Source: Pristiophorus japonicus
Taxonomy: Eukaryota
Assembly: GCF_044704955.1 (NCBI RefSeq)
Contig: NC_091977.1
Location: 542,376,001-542,440,000 of the forward strand
DNA length: 64,000 nucleotides
Direction: 5' to 3'
This document shows, piece after piece, positions 13,488 through 27,340 of this stretch. The notes below the pieces were generated by a model. That model saw only the letters and a list, made by a program, of their open reading frames with translations, did no database searches and had not been told where the DNA came from. The position numbers and the translations under genes were made by a program. The first letter of the stretch is position 1. Every line of letters begins with the position of its first letter.

Positions 13488-13969
13488 CAGGCGACGAGAG
13501 AATTAAATTACTCCCCACACAAAGCAAGAGAGACACTTATCCATTGGCAGGCTATGGGCATCGCTGGCAAGGTTATCAACCGTTGCACGTGAGTGGGACA
13601 CGAGATGGAGAGGGGGGGAGATTCTCAGCAGCTGACGTTCAATCCTTCACTTCTCCAATAAAGGGTTAGCATCTAAACATTGAAGGGGTGGGGAGGGGGA
13701 GCGGGAGGGGTTCCAGGGCAGAAACCTGGAGGGCGAGGGACAGAGATGAATCCAATACCCTGGCCAACAGGCCGCTTAACTTGGAGCCAAGTCAGCTCTG
13801 GTGAAGCAGTCAGTCTTTGCAGTGTGAGCCTCGAGTGTCTTGGCAGTGGGACAATTTGGTTCTTGGGTCCTCACACAAACTTTAAACACCGTACTCTTGT
13901 GTTGCAGCAAGGTTCAATCAAACCCCGTGCCACAGCAAGACCAGAATATCTCCCTGGAAACACAATCAA

Positions 13970-14460
13970 AGAAATCTACGGCACGGAAGGAGGCCATTCA
14001 GCCCATCGTGTCCGTGCCGGCCGACCAAGAGCTACCCAGCCCAATCCCACTTTCCAGCTCTGGGTCCGTAGCCCTGTAGGTTACGGCACTTCAAGTGAAC
14101 ATCCAGGTACTTTAATATAATGAGGGTCCCTGCCTCTACCACCCTTTTAGGCAGCAAGTTCCAGACCCACCCCCACACCCTCTGGGTGAAAAAGGGTCTC
14201 CTCAAATCCTTCTACTAATGACTTTAAATCTACGCCCCCTGGTTATTGACCTCTCTGCTCAGGGAAATAGGTCCTTCCTATCCACTCTATCCAGGCCCCT
14301 CATAATTTTATACACCTCAATCAGGTCTCCCCTCAGTCTCCTCTGTTCCAAAGAACACAACCCCAGCCTATCCAATCTTTCCTCATCGCTAAAATTCTCC
14401 AGTCCAGGCAACATCCTCGTAAACCTCCTCTGCACCCTCTCTCGTGCAATCACATCTTTC
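13970..14460 (-). mobile_element. Older CR1 fragment
   Basis: ERVQRRFTRMLPGL..RRLRGDLIEVYKIM. Confidence 0.85.
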
Positions 14461-14737
14461 TCAAACACGCCTTACATTTGTGAACAGACCAATTGGAATC
14501 AACGCCCATCACCCAATGGGGCAACTAAAGATGGCCAGGGGGAGTCAGCCACTGCACTCGCGTCTTCCCCACCCCACATCCCCCGCCCCACCCACCACCC
14601 CTCCCTCCCTCTCCCCACCCTCCTTCCCTACCTCCCCCCACCCTCCTTCCCTCCCTCCACCCTCTCTCCCTCACCCCACCCTCATACCTCGCCCCACCCT
14701 CATACCCCTCCCCTGCCCCAGCACTCCCTCCCACCTC

Positions 14738-15708
14738 AGTGAGGTGCCCCGTTGTTGCACAGCCTTTGCCCACGTATTGCTTGAATCGGCATTGATGGGC
14801 CCGATGATAGCCCCCTGCAACGCCAGCAAGGCGAGATTTGATTCACCCCCGATGGCGGACTTTGCGGAGAGCAGGCCCTGCCATGTGATGCTCCTCCTGC
14901 CGATGATATTATTTTATGAACTTGCCGGTGAGTTTCGATGCTGGGAAGATATCTGCTTCGAGTTTTCGTCCGTGGACATGCATGCCTGGGCGATCGTGAT
15001 GGCCCTGCTCAGGTCTAGAGATTCAGCAGCCATCATTTCGGAGGATGATCTCGTGGCCAATGCCAAGCACGAAAAGGTCCTGCAGCATTTCCTCCGACGC
15101 AGCTCCGAAGTTGCACGGCCCAGCGAGACGTGTCAGGTCGGTGACAAATTCCACCACATCCTGGCCCTCGGAGCGATTGCGTGTATAGAAACGTTACCTC
15201 GCCGCGATGATGCTTTCCTTCAGTTTAAAGTGGTTCCGAACCAGTGTACACAATTCATCGTAAGTCTTATCCGTTGGTCAAGTCGGTGAGAGTAGGTTCT
15301 TGATAAGGCCATAAATCTTTGACCCACAAACGCTGAGGAGAACTGCCCTGTGCTTAATTGCGTTATCGGTTCCTTCCAATCCGTTGGCTACGAAGTATTG
15401 GTCGAGACAATCAGTGAAATCCTCCCAGTCTTCCCCTTCCACGATTCTCTCCAAAATTCCAACAGGTATGGTTGCATGAAAGTTCGAACATTTAACTCGT
15501 CGCCAATTGTTAAGTATCGAATAACTCCACGAGGCTAAGTACGGTGAGCTAGTTCAGGCATGGCCTTACTCCAGTTTATTTATTCTCAAAGTGAGGATTT
15601 GACATGGCCGCCAACATTATATACCCGGCTTGCACAGTGTCTGCCAGTGACCAATAGGACTCCGACAGTCGCGCCCCCCGGTGGCAGGTAAAACCCAGTT
15701 AACATACA
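14738..15708 (-). mobile_element. Truncated Gypsy (5' LTR 15508-15708, PBS, gag to the zinc knuckle)
   Basis: TG..CA LTR, PBS TGGCGACGAG, degenerate gag ending at CWRCRG..GHL. Confidence 0.85.
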
Positions 15709-15714
15709 CTTATG

Positions 15715-16548
15715 TTCTTCAATATTGGGAAGACCTGTACCATTGTTTTCGGTCCCTGCCACAAACTCCGTTCCCCAGCCACTGACTCCATCCCTCTCCC
15801 CAACTCCTGTCTGAGGCTGAACCAGACTGTTCACAACCTGGGTCTCATATTTGACCCTGAAATGAGCTTCTGGCCACATATCTGCAGCATAACTAAGACC
15901 GTCTATTTCCACCTCCGTAACATCGCCCGCCTCCGCCATTGCCTCAGCTCATCCGCTGCTGAAGCCCTCATCCGTGCCTTTGTTACCTCTAGACTTGACT
16001 ATTCCAACACACTCCTGGCTGGCCTCCCACATTCTATCCAACGGAAACTAGAGGTGATATAACACGCACGTGCACTAACTCACACCAAGTCCCGCTCACC
16101 CATCACCCCTGGGTCCGCTGACCTACATTGGCCCCCAGTTAAGCCCCCTGGCCCTGCCTAATCAATGTGCCCCTCCGACAGTGCAGCGCTCCCTCAGTGC
16201 TGCCCCTCTGACAGTGCGGCGCTCCCTCAGTACTGCCCCTCCGACAGTGCGGAGCTCCCTCAGTACTGCCCCTCCGACAGTGCGGCACTCCCTCAGTACT
16301 GCCCCTCCGACAGTGCGGTGCTCCCTCAGTACTGCCCCTCCGACAGTGCGGTGCTCCCTCAGTACTGCCCCTCCGACAGTGCGGCACTCCCTCAGTACTG
16401 CCCCTCCGACAGTGTGGTACTCCCTCAGTACTGCCCCTCCGACAGTGCGGAGCTCCCTCAGTACTGCCCCTCCGACAGTGTGGTGCTCCTGTGAAGGGCC
16501 ATGTGAGGTTTAACTACATTAAAGGCACTATTTAAATACAAGTTGTTC
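15715..16548 (+). mobile_element. L2-like LINE 3' fragment containing the 33-bp array
   Basis: NLGLIFDPEMSF..HLRNIARLR..TSRLDYSNTLLAGL, with tail ATTAAAGGCACTATTTAAATACAAGTTG. Confidence 0.8.
16167..16489 (-). repeat. 33-bp minisatellite, about 10 units, upstream of actin A
   Basis: Reverse complement of the 7885-8388 unit. Confidence 0.97.
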
Positions 16549-16769
16549 CTTGTTGGTGCTCTGTGCAAGGCAGGAAGGTGCCTGTATCGAGGGGAACGGT
16601 TCCGAGCCCGAGACACCACCTAACGGGGAATTGGGGAGAGGAGATTTCGGCCATTACACGGTCAAATCCCAACGGCGAATACTAATTCATCCTGGAAATA
16701 ATTCACAAAAGGACAAAAATGTTTATGTTTGAAAGTCTGGATCATGGCAAGAAGTTGGCAATAAATGAA

Positions 16770-16910
16770 ATGATTGGGTTCTCTCCCTGTGATTGGGCTG
16801 AGCTCCACCCCCTGAGCTCAGTGGCTGGTGTTGGCCCCTCCCCCTGTGTCTGATTGGTTGGCTGACTCATGTGCTGGGAATGTGGGTGGGGCCTAGTGCT
16901 CTATAAGTGA
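16770..16910 (+). promoter_or_regulatory. Actin A promoter: 3 inverted CCAAT, AP-1, GC/CACCC box, TATA
   Basis: ATTGG at 16773, 16792 and 16853; TGACTCA 16863-16869; GGGTGGGGC 16884-16892; CTATAAG 16901-16907. Conserved in B and C. Confidence 0.75.
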
Positions 16911-16929
16911 AGGGGGTTGGGAGAGGGGA

Positions 16930-17856
<927 letters not shown>

Positions 17857-17924
17857 GGGTCCCTTGGTCCTCTGGCTGTGTGTAAAGGGGGGGGGCTGCG
17901 ATGTCCGTGTATGTGTGTGTGCTG

Positions 17925-18447
17925 TATTTACGAAAGGATATACTTGCTTTGGAGGCAGTTCAGAGAAGGTTCACTCGGTTGATTCTGGGGATGAGGGGGT
18001 TGACTTATGAGGAAAGGTTGAGGAGGTTGGGCCTCTACTCATTAGAATTCAGAAGAATGAGAGGTGATCTTATTGAAACGTATAAGATTATGAGGGGGCT
18101 TGACAAGGTGGATGCAGAGAGGATGTTTCCACTGATGGGGGAGACTAGAACTAGGGGGCATGATCTTAGAATAAGGGGCCGCCCATTTAAAACTGAGATG
18201 AGGAGGAATTTCTTCTGAGGGTTGTAAATCTGTGGAATTTGCTGCCTCAGAGAGCTGTGGAGGCTGGGTCATTCAATAAATTTTAAGACTGAGATAGACA
18301 GTTTCTTAACCGATTAGGGAATAAGGGGTTATGGGGAGTGGGTGGGGAAGTGGACCTGAGGCTATGATCTGATCAGCCATGATGGCATTAAATGGCGGAG
18401 CAGGCTCGAGGGGCTGTATGGCCGACTCCTGCTCCTATTTCTTATGT
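17925..18447 (+). mobile_element. CR1 3' fragment in actin A intron 2
   Basis: YLRKDILALEAVQRRFTRL..; paralogous to 33373-33860 and 52585-53085. Confidence 0.9.
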
Positions 18448-18683
18448 TGTTAACTTGCTGTGTTTATAGCGTTTAAAACAACATTTGACTAGAGAACCAG
18501 AGGGCACAGATTTGGTCATTGGCCAGGGAAGCAGAGGTTACATGGGGGCAAACCTTTGTGCAACGAGTGTTTTGGATTTGCCTGATGGGGCAGTGCGTCA
18601 GATTGAATAATACTGAGCTGTGCTATTCTGTAATTCTCAGTGGTTCCTCTAATTCCTGCGGCATGTTTTATTCCCCGTTCTAG

Positions 18684-19688
<1,005 letters not shown>

Positions 19689-20454
19689 GGTGCTGTGTAA
19701 TTTATACCTGAAATGTCCCCTTTCTTAAATTCTCAACAGATGCTGCCTGACTGGCTGATGGCTTTTCTGCATTTTCAGTTTGTTTTGGGCCGTTGCATGT
19801 TACTGAGATCATCAGTCTCGACTCTCTCAGGGTCTGCCTGTTGGCTTGGGTACAGGAAGAGTTAAAGGGATGGAACCCTTCACCCACCCTAATGTTTTAT
19901 TGGAGCTGTAAAATTGTTGAGGCCTGAGGTACCTGGGAGAAATGGTTTGGTTTAACCCTTTACTATCCTGCGAGACTGTAAATTGACCAAATGTCCATCT
20001 CGTTTGCTCTCTCCCATCCTGGTAGTCCAGAACAATAATGGGCCTTGGAGAAAGTGAAGGGTTCAAAGTTTGATTTTGGGAATGTTGAATTGTACAAACC
20101 CCCTCCCCCACTGGGTTTGTGGCCTTGTGTTCCCAACATCTCCTCCCCCTTGAGCAGGTCCAACATTCCTGGATGGTTTCCAGTCTGAGCCTTGGTTGGA
20201 CCTTCATTGTACCTGAGTAAATTTGTCTTTTTGTGAGGCTTCATATTGAATGTCTGTCCCTCCTGAGATATTGCTGGAGTGATGGCAGGAGTCAGTGAGG
20301 GGCGATCGGGGCTTTGAATGGGATGGTGTTGGTTTATGGGGAAATGGTGGGATGGCTTCTCTCCTGGGAGCTGTTTGCTTCAAACCTCTGCTGGAACCCT
20401 TGGTGTCAGTATCTTGTGTTGTATTTTCCACCTGCCCAACATTCTGCAACAGTT

Positions 20455-20478
20455 AATAAAATGTATTTGAACAATAAA
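20455..20478 (+). terminator. Tandem AATAAA polyadenylation signals of actin A
   Basis: AATAAA at 20455 and 20473 followed by GT-rich sequence; conserved in B and C. Confidence 0.65.
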
Positions 20479-20597
20479 ATCACGTGTGTGTATAACTGCT
20501 TCTCAATGGAATGAATGAATACTGAGTGCATGATTTTCTTTCCCATAGAATCATTCAGCACCAGGCCATTGTGCCCATCGAGCCTGTGCTGCCTGTT

Positions 20598-21319
20598 TGG
20601 GGTGCCACAGGGATCTGTGCTGGGACCCCAACTATTTACAATCTATATAAACTACTTGGAAGAAGGGACTGAGTGTAACGTAGCCAAGTTTGCTGACGAT
20701 ACAAAGATGGGAGGAAAAGCAATGTGTGAGGAGGACACAAGAAATCTGCAAAAGGACATACAGGCTAAGTGAGTGGGCAAATATTTGGCATATGGAGTAT
20801 AATGTTGGAAAGTGTGAGGTCATGCATTTTGGCAGAAAAAAACAAAGAGCAAGTTATTATTTAAATAGAGAAAGATTGCAAAGTGCCGCAGTACAGCGGG
20901 ACCTGGGGGTACTTGTGCATGAAACACTAAAGGTTAGTATGTAGGTACAGCAAGTGATCAGGAAGGCCAATGGAATCTTGGCCTTTATTGCAAAGGGGAT
21001 GGAGTATAAAAGCAGGGAAGTCTTGCTACAGTTATACAGGGTATTGGTGAGCCCACACCTGGAGTACTGCGAGCAGTTTTGGCTTCCATATTTACGAAAA
21101 GATATACTTGCTTTGGAGGCAGTTCAGAGAAGGTTCACTTGGTTGATTCTGGAGATGAGGGGGTTGACTTATGAGGAAAGGTTGAGGAGGTTGGGCCTCT
21201 ATTCATTGGAATTCAGAAGAATGAGAGGTGATCTTATCAAAATGTATAAGATTGAGGGGGCTTGACAAGGTGGATGCAGAGTGGATGTTTCCACTGATGG
21301 GGGAGACTAGAAAAAGGGG
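20598..21319 (+). mobile_element. CR1 RT fragment
   Basis: GVPQGSVLGPQLFTIYIN..KFADDTK..RRMRGDLI. Confidence 0.92.
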
Positions 21320-24300
21320 TGTTATGTATTTAACCCCTTGTAACCTGTATCACACTACCACCAGAGGGCCTACCTGTTGGGAGTCCCAAGGGATCCCAGC
21401 ATCCCTTGGGATCACTGTATATAAGCAGACCACCCATGACGTACCTGGAGTCTTATTAAAAGAGCTAAGGTCACATTTGCTCCTTGTTCCTAGTACGCAG
21501 TTTCAGCCTTTATTATGAGTGTGTCAATTGGCAATTAGGTAAAGAACAGTTGGTATCCTGGAGAAGTTCTCAGAAGGGGATGATTGGGAGGCCTTCGTGG
21601 AGAGACTCTAACAATATTTGTGAGCTGGAAGGGAATGAGAACGCTGCCAAATGAAGGGCGATCCTACTTACTCTCTGGGGCAACAACCTATGGCCTCATG
21701 AAGAATCTCCGAGCTGCGGTAAAACCAACAGCTAAATTCTTTGAAGAACTGTGTACACTGGTCCGGGAGCACCTAAATCCTAAGGAAAGCGTTTTGATGG
21801 CGAGATATCGGTTCTACACATGTCAACGGTCGGAGGGCCAGGAAGTGGCGAGCTGTGTCGCCAAACTAAGGCGCCTCACAGGACATTGTGAGTTTGAGGG
21901 ATTCCTAGAACAAATGCTTCGAGACTTTTTTGTACTGGGCATTGGCCATGAGACAATCCTTCGCAAACTGTTGTTTGTTGAAACTCCGAGTCTAAGTAAA
22001 GCCATAACGATGGCCCAGACATTTATGTCCACCAGCGACCACACCAAACAGATTTCGCAGAGTAAAGAGGTTTCGGCCAGTACTGTGCACAAAGTAACGT
22101 CGGTTTCGAGCAGGAATATACACGGCAGAACGTACACACCGGCTACTGCTGCCCGACCTCAGATGACCCAGAGTCTGCCATCAATCGTTAATGTGAGGCA
22201 GTTAACACCTTGTTGGCGTTATGGAGGTGATCATCGGCCCCATCAATGCCGCTTCAAGCTCTATGCGTGCAATGACTGCAGAACAATGGGACACCTCCAG
22301 CGAATGTGCAGGTGAGCTGTAAACCCTGCAAACCACCATGTTGCAGAGGAAGATCGATCCACTGTGGATCAGGCTGAATTGGAGACTCGTACCGAGGAGG
22401 CAGAAGTATACGGGGTACACACATTCACCACCAATAATGTTGAAGGTTGAACTGAACGGAATTCCAGTATCTATGGAACTGGACACGGGTGCGAGTCAGT
22501 CCATAATGAGTAAAAAAAGCCTTCGACAGGCTGTGGGGCAAATAGGCACACAGGCCCAAGCTCAGCCCCATTCATACCAAACTAAGGACTTACACCAAGG
22601 AACTAATCCCTGAAATTGGCAGTGCAGAAGTCAAGGTCTCCTATGATGGAGCAGTACACGAACGCCCGCTGTGGATTGTGCCAGGGGATGGCCCCGTATT
22701 GTTTGGCAGAAGCTGTCTGGGAAAAATCCGCTGAAACTGGGATGACATCCGAGCGCGCTCGTCCGTCGATGACCTCATGTGCCCAGGTTCCGAGCAGGTT
22801 TCCATCATTGTTCAAGCCAGGCATTGGAAGCTTCTCAGGGGCGAAAGTGCAAATCCATTTGGTTCCCAGTACGCGACCCATCCACCACAAGGCACGGGCG
22901 GTACCATATATGATGCATGTGAAAGTGGAAATTGAGCCGGACAGGCTGCAGCGCCGGTGGAATTCAACGAGTGGGCCAGTCCGATTGTCCCGGTGCTTAA
23001 AGAGGACGGCACGCTTAGAATTTGTGGGGACTATAAAGTAACGATTAACAGTTTTTCGCTGCAGGACCAGTACCCGCTACCCAAGGCCGACGACCTATTC
23101 ATGACCCTGGCTGGAGGGAAGATGTTCACCAAGCTGGACCTGACCTCGGCCTACATGACGCAGGAGGAGTCTTCGAAAGTTCTCACCTGCATCAACACGC
23201 ACAAAGGTCTGTTTATCTATAACTGATGCCCATTCGGGATTTGGCCGGCCGCGGCAATCTTCCAACGGAACATGGAGAGCCTGCTAAAGTCGCTCCCTCG
23301 CACCATGGTTTTCCAGGATGCCATACTGGTTACAGCTCGGGACACCATTGAGCATTTGAAAAATCTGGAAGGGGTTCTTAGTCGGTTGGATCGTGTGGGG
23401 CTCAGGTTGAAACGCTCAGTGTGTTTTCCTGGCGCAGGAGGTCGAGTTCTTGGGAAGAAGAATTGCGGCAGACGGCATCAGACCCACCGACGCTAAGACG
23501 GAGGCCATCAAGAACGCGCCGAGACCACAGAACGTGACGGAGCTGCGATCGTTCCTGGGATTCCTCAACTATTTCGGTAATTTCCTCCCTGGGTTAAGCA
23601 CCTTGCTGGAACCCCTACATGTGCTACTGAGCAAGGGAGATGACTGGGTATGGGGGAATTCACAAGAGGCTGCTTTTGAGAAAGCCAGAAATCTGTTATG
23701 GTCAAACAAACTGCTTGTCCTGTATAACCCTTGTAAACGATTAGTGCTAGCTTGCGAAGCGTCGTCATACGGGGTCAGGTGTGTGTTACAACAGGAGAAT
23801 GAATCGGGGATTTTGCAACCGGTCGCTTATGCGTCCAGGAGTTTGTCCAAGGCCGAAAGGGCCTACAGGATGATTGAAAAAGAAGTTCTGGCGTGCGTTT
23901 ACGGGGAAAAAAAAAATGCACCAGTATCTGTTTGGTCTCCAGTTTGAGCTTGAAACTGACCATAAGCTGCTCATATCGTTATTCTCACAGAGCAAAGGGA
24001 TTAACACCAATGCATCTGCCCGCATCCAAAGATGGGCACTTATGCTGTCTGCATGTAACTATGTAATCCGCCACAGAATGGGCACAGAGAACTGCGCTGG
24101 TGCTCTCAGTCGGCTACCATCGGCCACCACCGGGGTGGAAATGGCACAGCCAGCAGACTTGCTCTTTGTGATGGATGCATTCGAAAATGAAAAGTCGCCC
24201 ATTACGGCCCGTCGCATTAGGACCTGGACCAGCCAGGGTCCTTTACTGTCCGTGGTAAAAAAAACTGTGTCCTCCGTGGGAGCTGGTCCAGCATCCCAGC

Positions 24301-25754
24301 GGAGATGCAGGAAGAGATTAAGCCGTTCCATAGGCGTAAAGACGAAATGTCCTTACAGGCGGACTGTATTTTGTGGGGTAATCGCGTGGTCTTGCCCAAG
24401 AAAGGCAGGGAAACGTTCATACGCGACCTACTCAGTACCCACCCAGGTATTGCAATGATAAAAGCCATAGCTAGATCCCATGGGTGGTGGCCTGGCATCG
24501 ACTCAGATTTAGAGTCATGCGTGCGCCAGTGAAACACTTGCTCTCAGCTGAGCAATGCACCCAGAGAGGCCCCGCTAAGTTTGTGGTCGTGGCCCTCCAA
24601 ACTGTGGTCGAGAATCCACGTTGACTTTGCTGGCCCATTTCTAGGCAAAATGTTTTTGGTTGTTGTGGACGCTTATTCAAAATGGATAGAATGTGTAATA
24701 ACGTCTGTAAACATGTCCACCGCCACCATCGAAAGCCTACGAGCCATGTTTGCCACACACAGCCTGCCTGATGTCCTAGTCAGCGACAATGGGCCGTGTT
24801 TCACCAGCACTGAATTCAAGGAATTCATGACCCGCAGTGGGATCAAACACGTCACATCTGCCCCGTTCAAGCCCGCATCCAAGGGCCAGGCAGAACGGGC
24901 AGTTCAGACCATCAAGCAAAGCTTGAAACGCGTGTCGGAAGGCTCCCTGCAGACCCGCCTGCCCCGAGTCCTGCTCAGCTACCGCACCAGATCCCACTCA
25001 CTCACCGGGGTTCCCCCAGCCGAGCTACTCATGAAAAGGGCGCGAAAAACAAGGCTCTCTCCTGTCCACCCTGATCTGCATGGTCACGTCGAGGGCAGGC
25101 GGCATCAACAAAGCATGTACCATGATCGCGCAAATTTGTCACGCGATATTGGGGTCAATGATCCTGTGTTTGTGCTCAATTATGGACATGGTCCCAAATG
25201 GCTCGCTGGCACGGTCACAGCCAAAGAGGGGAGTCGGGTGTTTCAGGTCAAATTGGCCAATGGACTAACGTACAGAAAACATTTGGACCAAATCAAATTG
25301 CGGTTCACCAACAGCCACGAGAAACTCGAAGAAGACACCACCAACTTTGACCCTCCAACACACACACAAGTGGCAATTGACATCACGGTTGACCACGGAG
25401 CTGAACTCACCATCCCCGGCAACCCGGCAAGACCGGCTGCCCAACAGCCCAGTGAAGAACCGACCAAACCACCCAAACCCGCATTTGTACCGAGACAATC
25501 GATACACCCTGTAAATAAGTGTACTATTGACTTTACAAGGGAGTGATGTTATGTATGTAACCCTTGGCAACCACCACCAGAGGACCTACCTGTTGGAGTC
25601 CCAAGGGATCCCAGCATCCCTTGGGAGCACAGTATATAAGCAGGCCAGCCACGAGGTACCTACACTCTGGAGTCTAATTAAAGGAGCTAAGGTCACACTT
25701 GCTCATTGCATACAGTACTTAGTTTTATCCTTTATTATGAGCATAATAATAACA
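21320..25754 (+). mobile_element. Full-length degenerate Gypsy (Mag-like) element with two LTRs
   Basis: LTRs at 21320-21526 and 25547-about 25754; gag, protease ELDTGAS, RT, RNase H, integrase (HVDFAGP..VSDNG..AERAVQT) in Gypsy order; many frameshifts and stops. Confidence 0.93.
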
Positions 25755-26072
25755 TAACATGGAAACAGGAGCAGGAGTAGGCCATACAGCCCCTCGAGCC
25801 TGTTCCACCATTCAATATCATGGCTGATCCGATCATGGACTCAGCTCCACTTCCCACCCCGCTCCCCATAACCCCTTATTTCCTTCTTGCTCAAAATCTG
25901 TCTATCTCTGTTTTAAATATATTCAATGACCCAGCCTCCACAGCTCTCTGAGGCAGAGAATTCCACAGATCCAGAACCCTCAGAGAAGAAATTCCTCCTC
26001 ATCTCAGTTTTAAATGGGCAGCCCCTTATTCTGAGACTATGTCCCCTAGTTTTAGTTTCCCCTATGAGTGGA
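25755..26072 (-). mobile_element. CR1 3' fragment
   Basis: CR1 3'UTR motifs. Confidence 0.85.
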
Positions 26073-26089
26073 ACCCTCCACGGTCTCTA

Positions 26090-27340
26090 AATTGTCAGAC
26101 TGCCTGACCAACATCCAGTTCTGGATGAGCAGAAATTTCCTCCAACTAAATATTGGGAAGGCCGAAGCCATTGTCTTCGGTCCCCGCCACTGACTCTCTC
26201 CCTCTCCTCGGCAACTCTCGGAGGCTGAACCAGACTGCTTGCAACCTTGGTGTTATATTTGACCCAGAGATGATCATCTCCGCTCCATCACCATGACCAC
26301 CTTCGCCCAGCTCCACAACATTGTCTGACTCCGCTCCTGCCGCAGAAAGCCCCTCCTCTTCATTACCTCTCGACTTTACTATTCCAATGTACTCCGCCCT
26401 CCACAGCTTGTCCCCACAATACAACAGCGACTACACTCCAAAAGTACTTCATTGGCTGTAAAGCGCGTTGAGACGTCCGCTGGTCACGGAAGGCGCTATA
26501 TAAATGCAAGTCTTTCTTTCGTGCAAAATTCAGATGCCTGCGCCCAAACTCGCACCGAGTCCCGCTCACCCATCACCCTCTGTGCTCACTGACCGTGTCC
26601 TAACTCGCACCAAGTCCCACTCACCCATCACCCCCTGTGCTCGCTGACCCGTGTCCTAACTCGCACCAAGTCCCGCTCACCCATCACCCCCTGTGCTCAC
26701 TGACCGTGTCCTAACTCGCACCATGTCCCGCTCACCCATCACCCCCTGTGCTCACTGACCGTGTCCTAACTCGTACCATGTCCCGCTCACCCATCACCCC
26801 CTGTGCTCACTGACCGTATCCTAACTCGCACCGAGTCCCGCTCACCCATCACCCTCTGTGCTCACTGATCGTGTCCTAACTTGCACCAAGTCCCACTCAC
26901 CCATCACCCCCTGTGCTCACTGCCCCGTGTCCTAACTGGCACCAAGTCCCGCTCAACCATCACCCCCTCTGCTCGCTGACATTGGCCCCTGGCTAAGCAA
27001 CGCCTCGATTTCAAAATTCTCATCCTGGTGTCCAAATCCCTCCACGGCCCTCGCGCCTCCCTATCTCTGTAATCTCCTCCAATCCCAGAGATCTCTGCAC
27101 TTCTCTAATTCTGGCCTCTTGAGCATCCCTGAATTTAATCACCCCACCATTGGTGGCTGTGCCTTCAGCTGCCTGGGTCCCAAGCTCTGGAACTCCCTCC
27201 CTAAACCCCCCTCCCACTCTCCCCACTTCAAGACGCTCCCTAAAACCTCACTCTTTGACCAAGCTTTGGTCACCTGTCCTGATTTCTCCTTATGCGGTTC
27301 GCTGTCTAACTTTTGGACAAAGTTCCTGTGAAGCACTTGA
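26090..27340 (+). mobile_element. Degenerate L2-like fragments with a SINE tail (about 26415-26520)
   Basis: Similarity to the 15715-16160 L2 and tail AGGCGCTATATAAATGCAAG. Confidence 0.7.
26545..26980 (+). repeat. 55-56-bp minisatellite, about 8 units, L2-derived
   Basis: Unit GTGTCCTAACTCGCACCAAGTCCCGCTCACCCATCACCCCCTGTGCTCACTGACC; unit starts at 26595, 26651, 26706, 26761, 26816, 26871, 26927. Confidence 0.95.
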
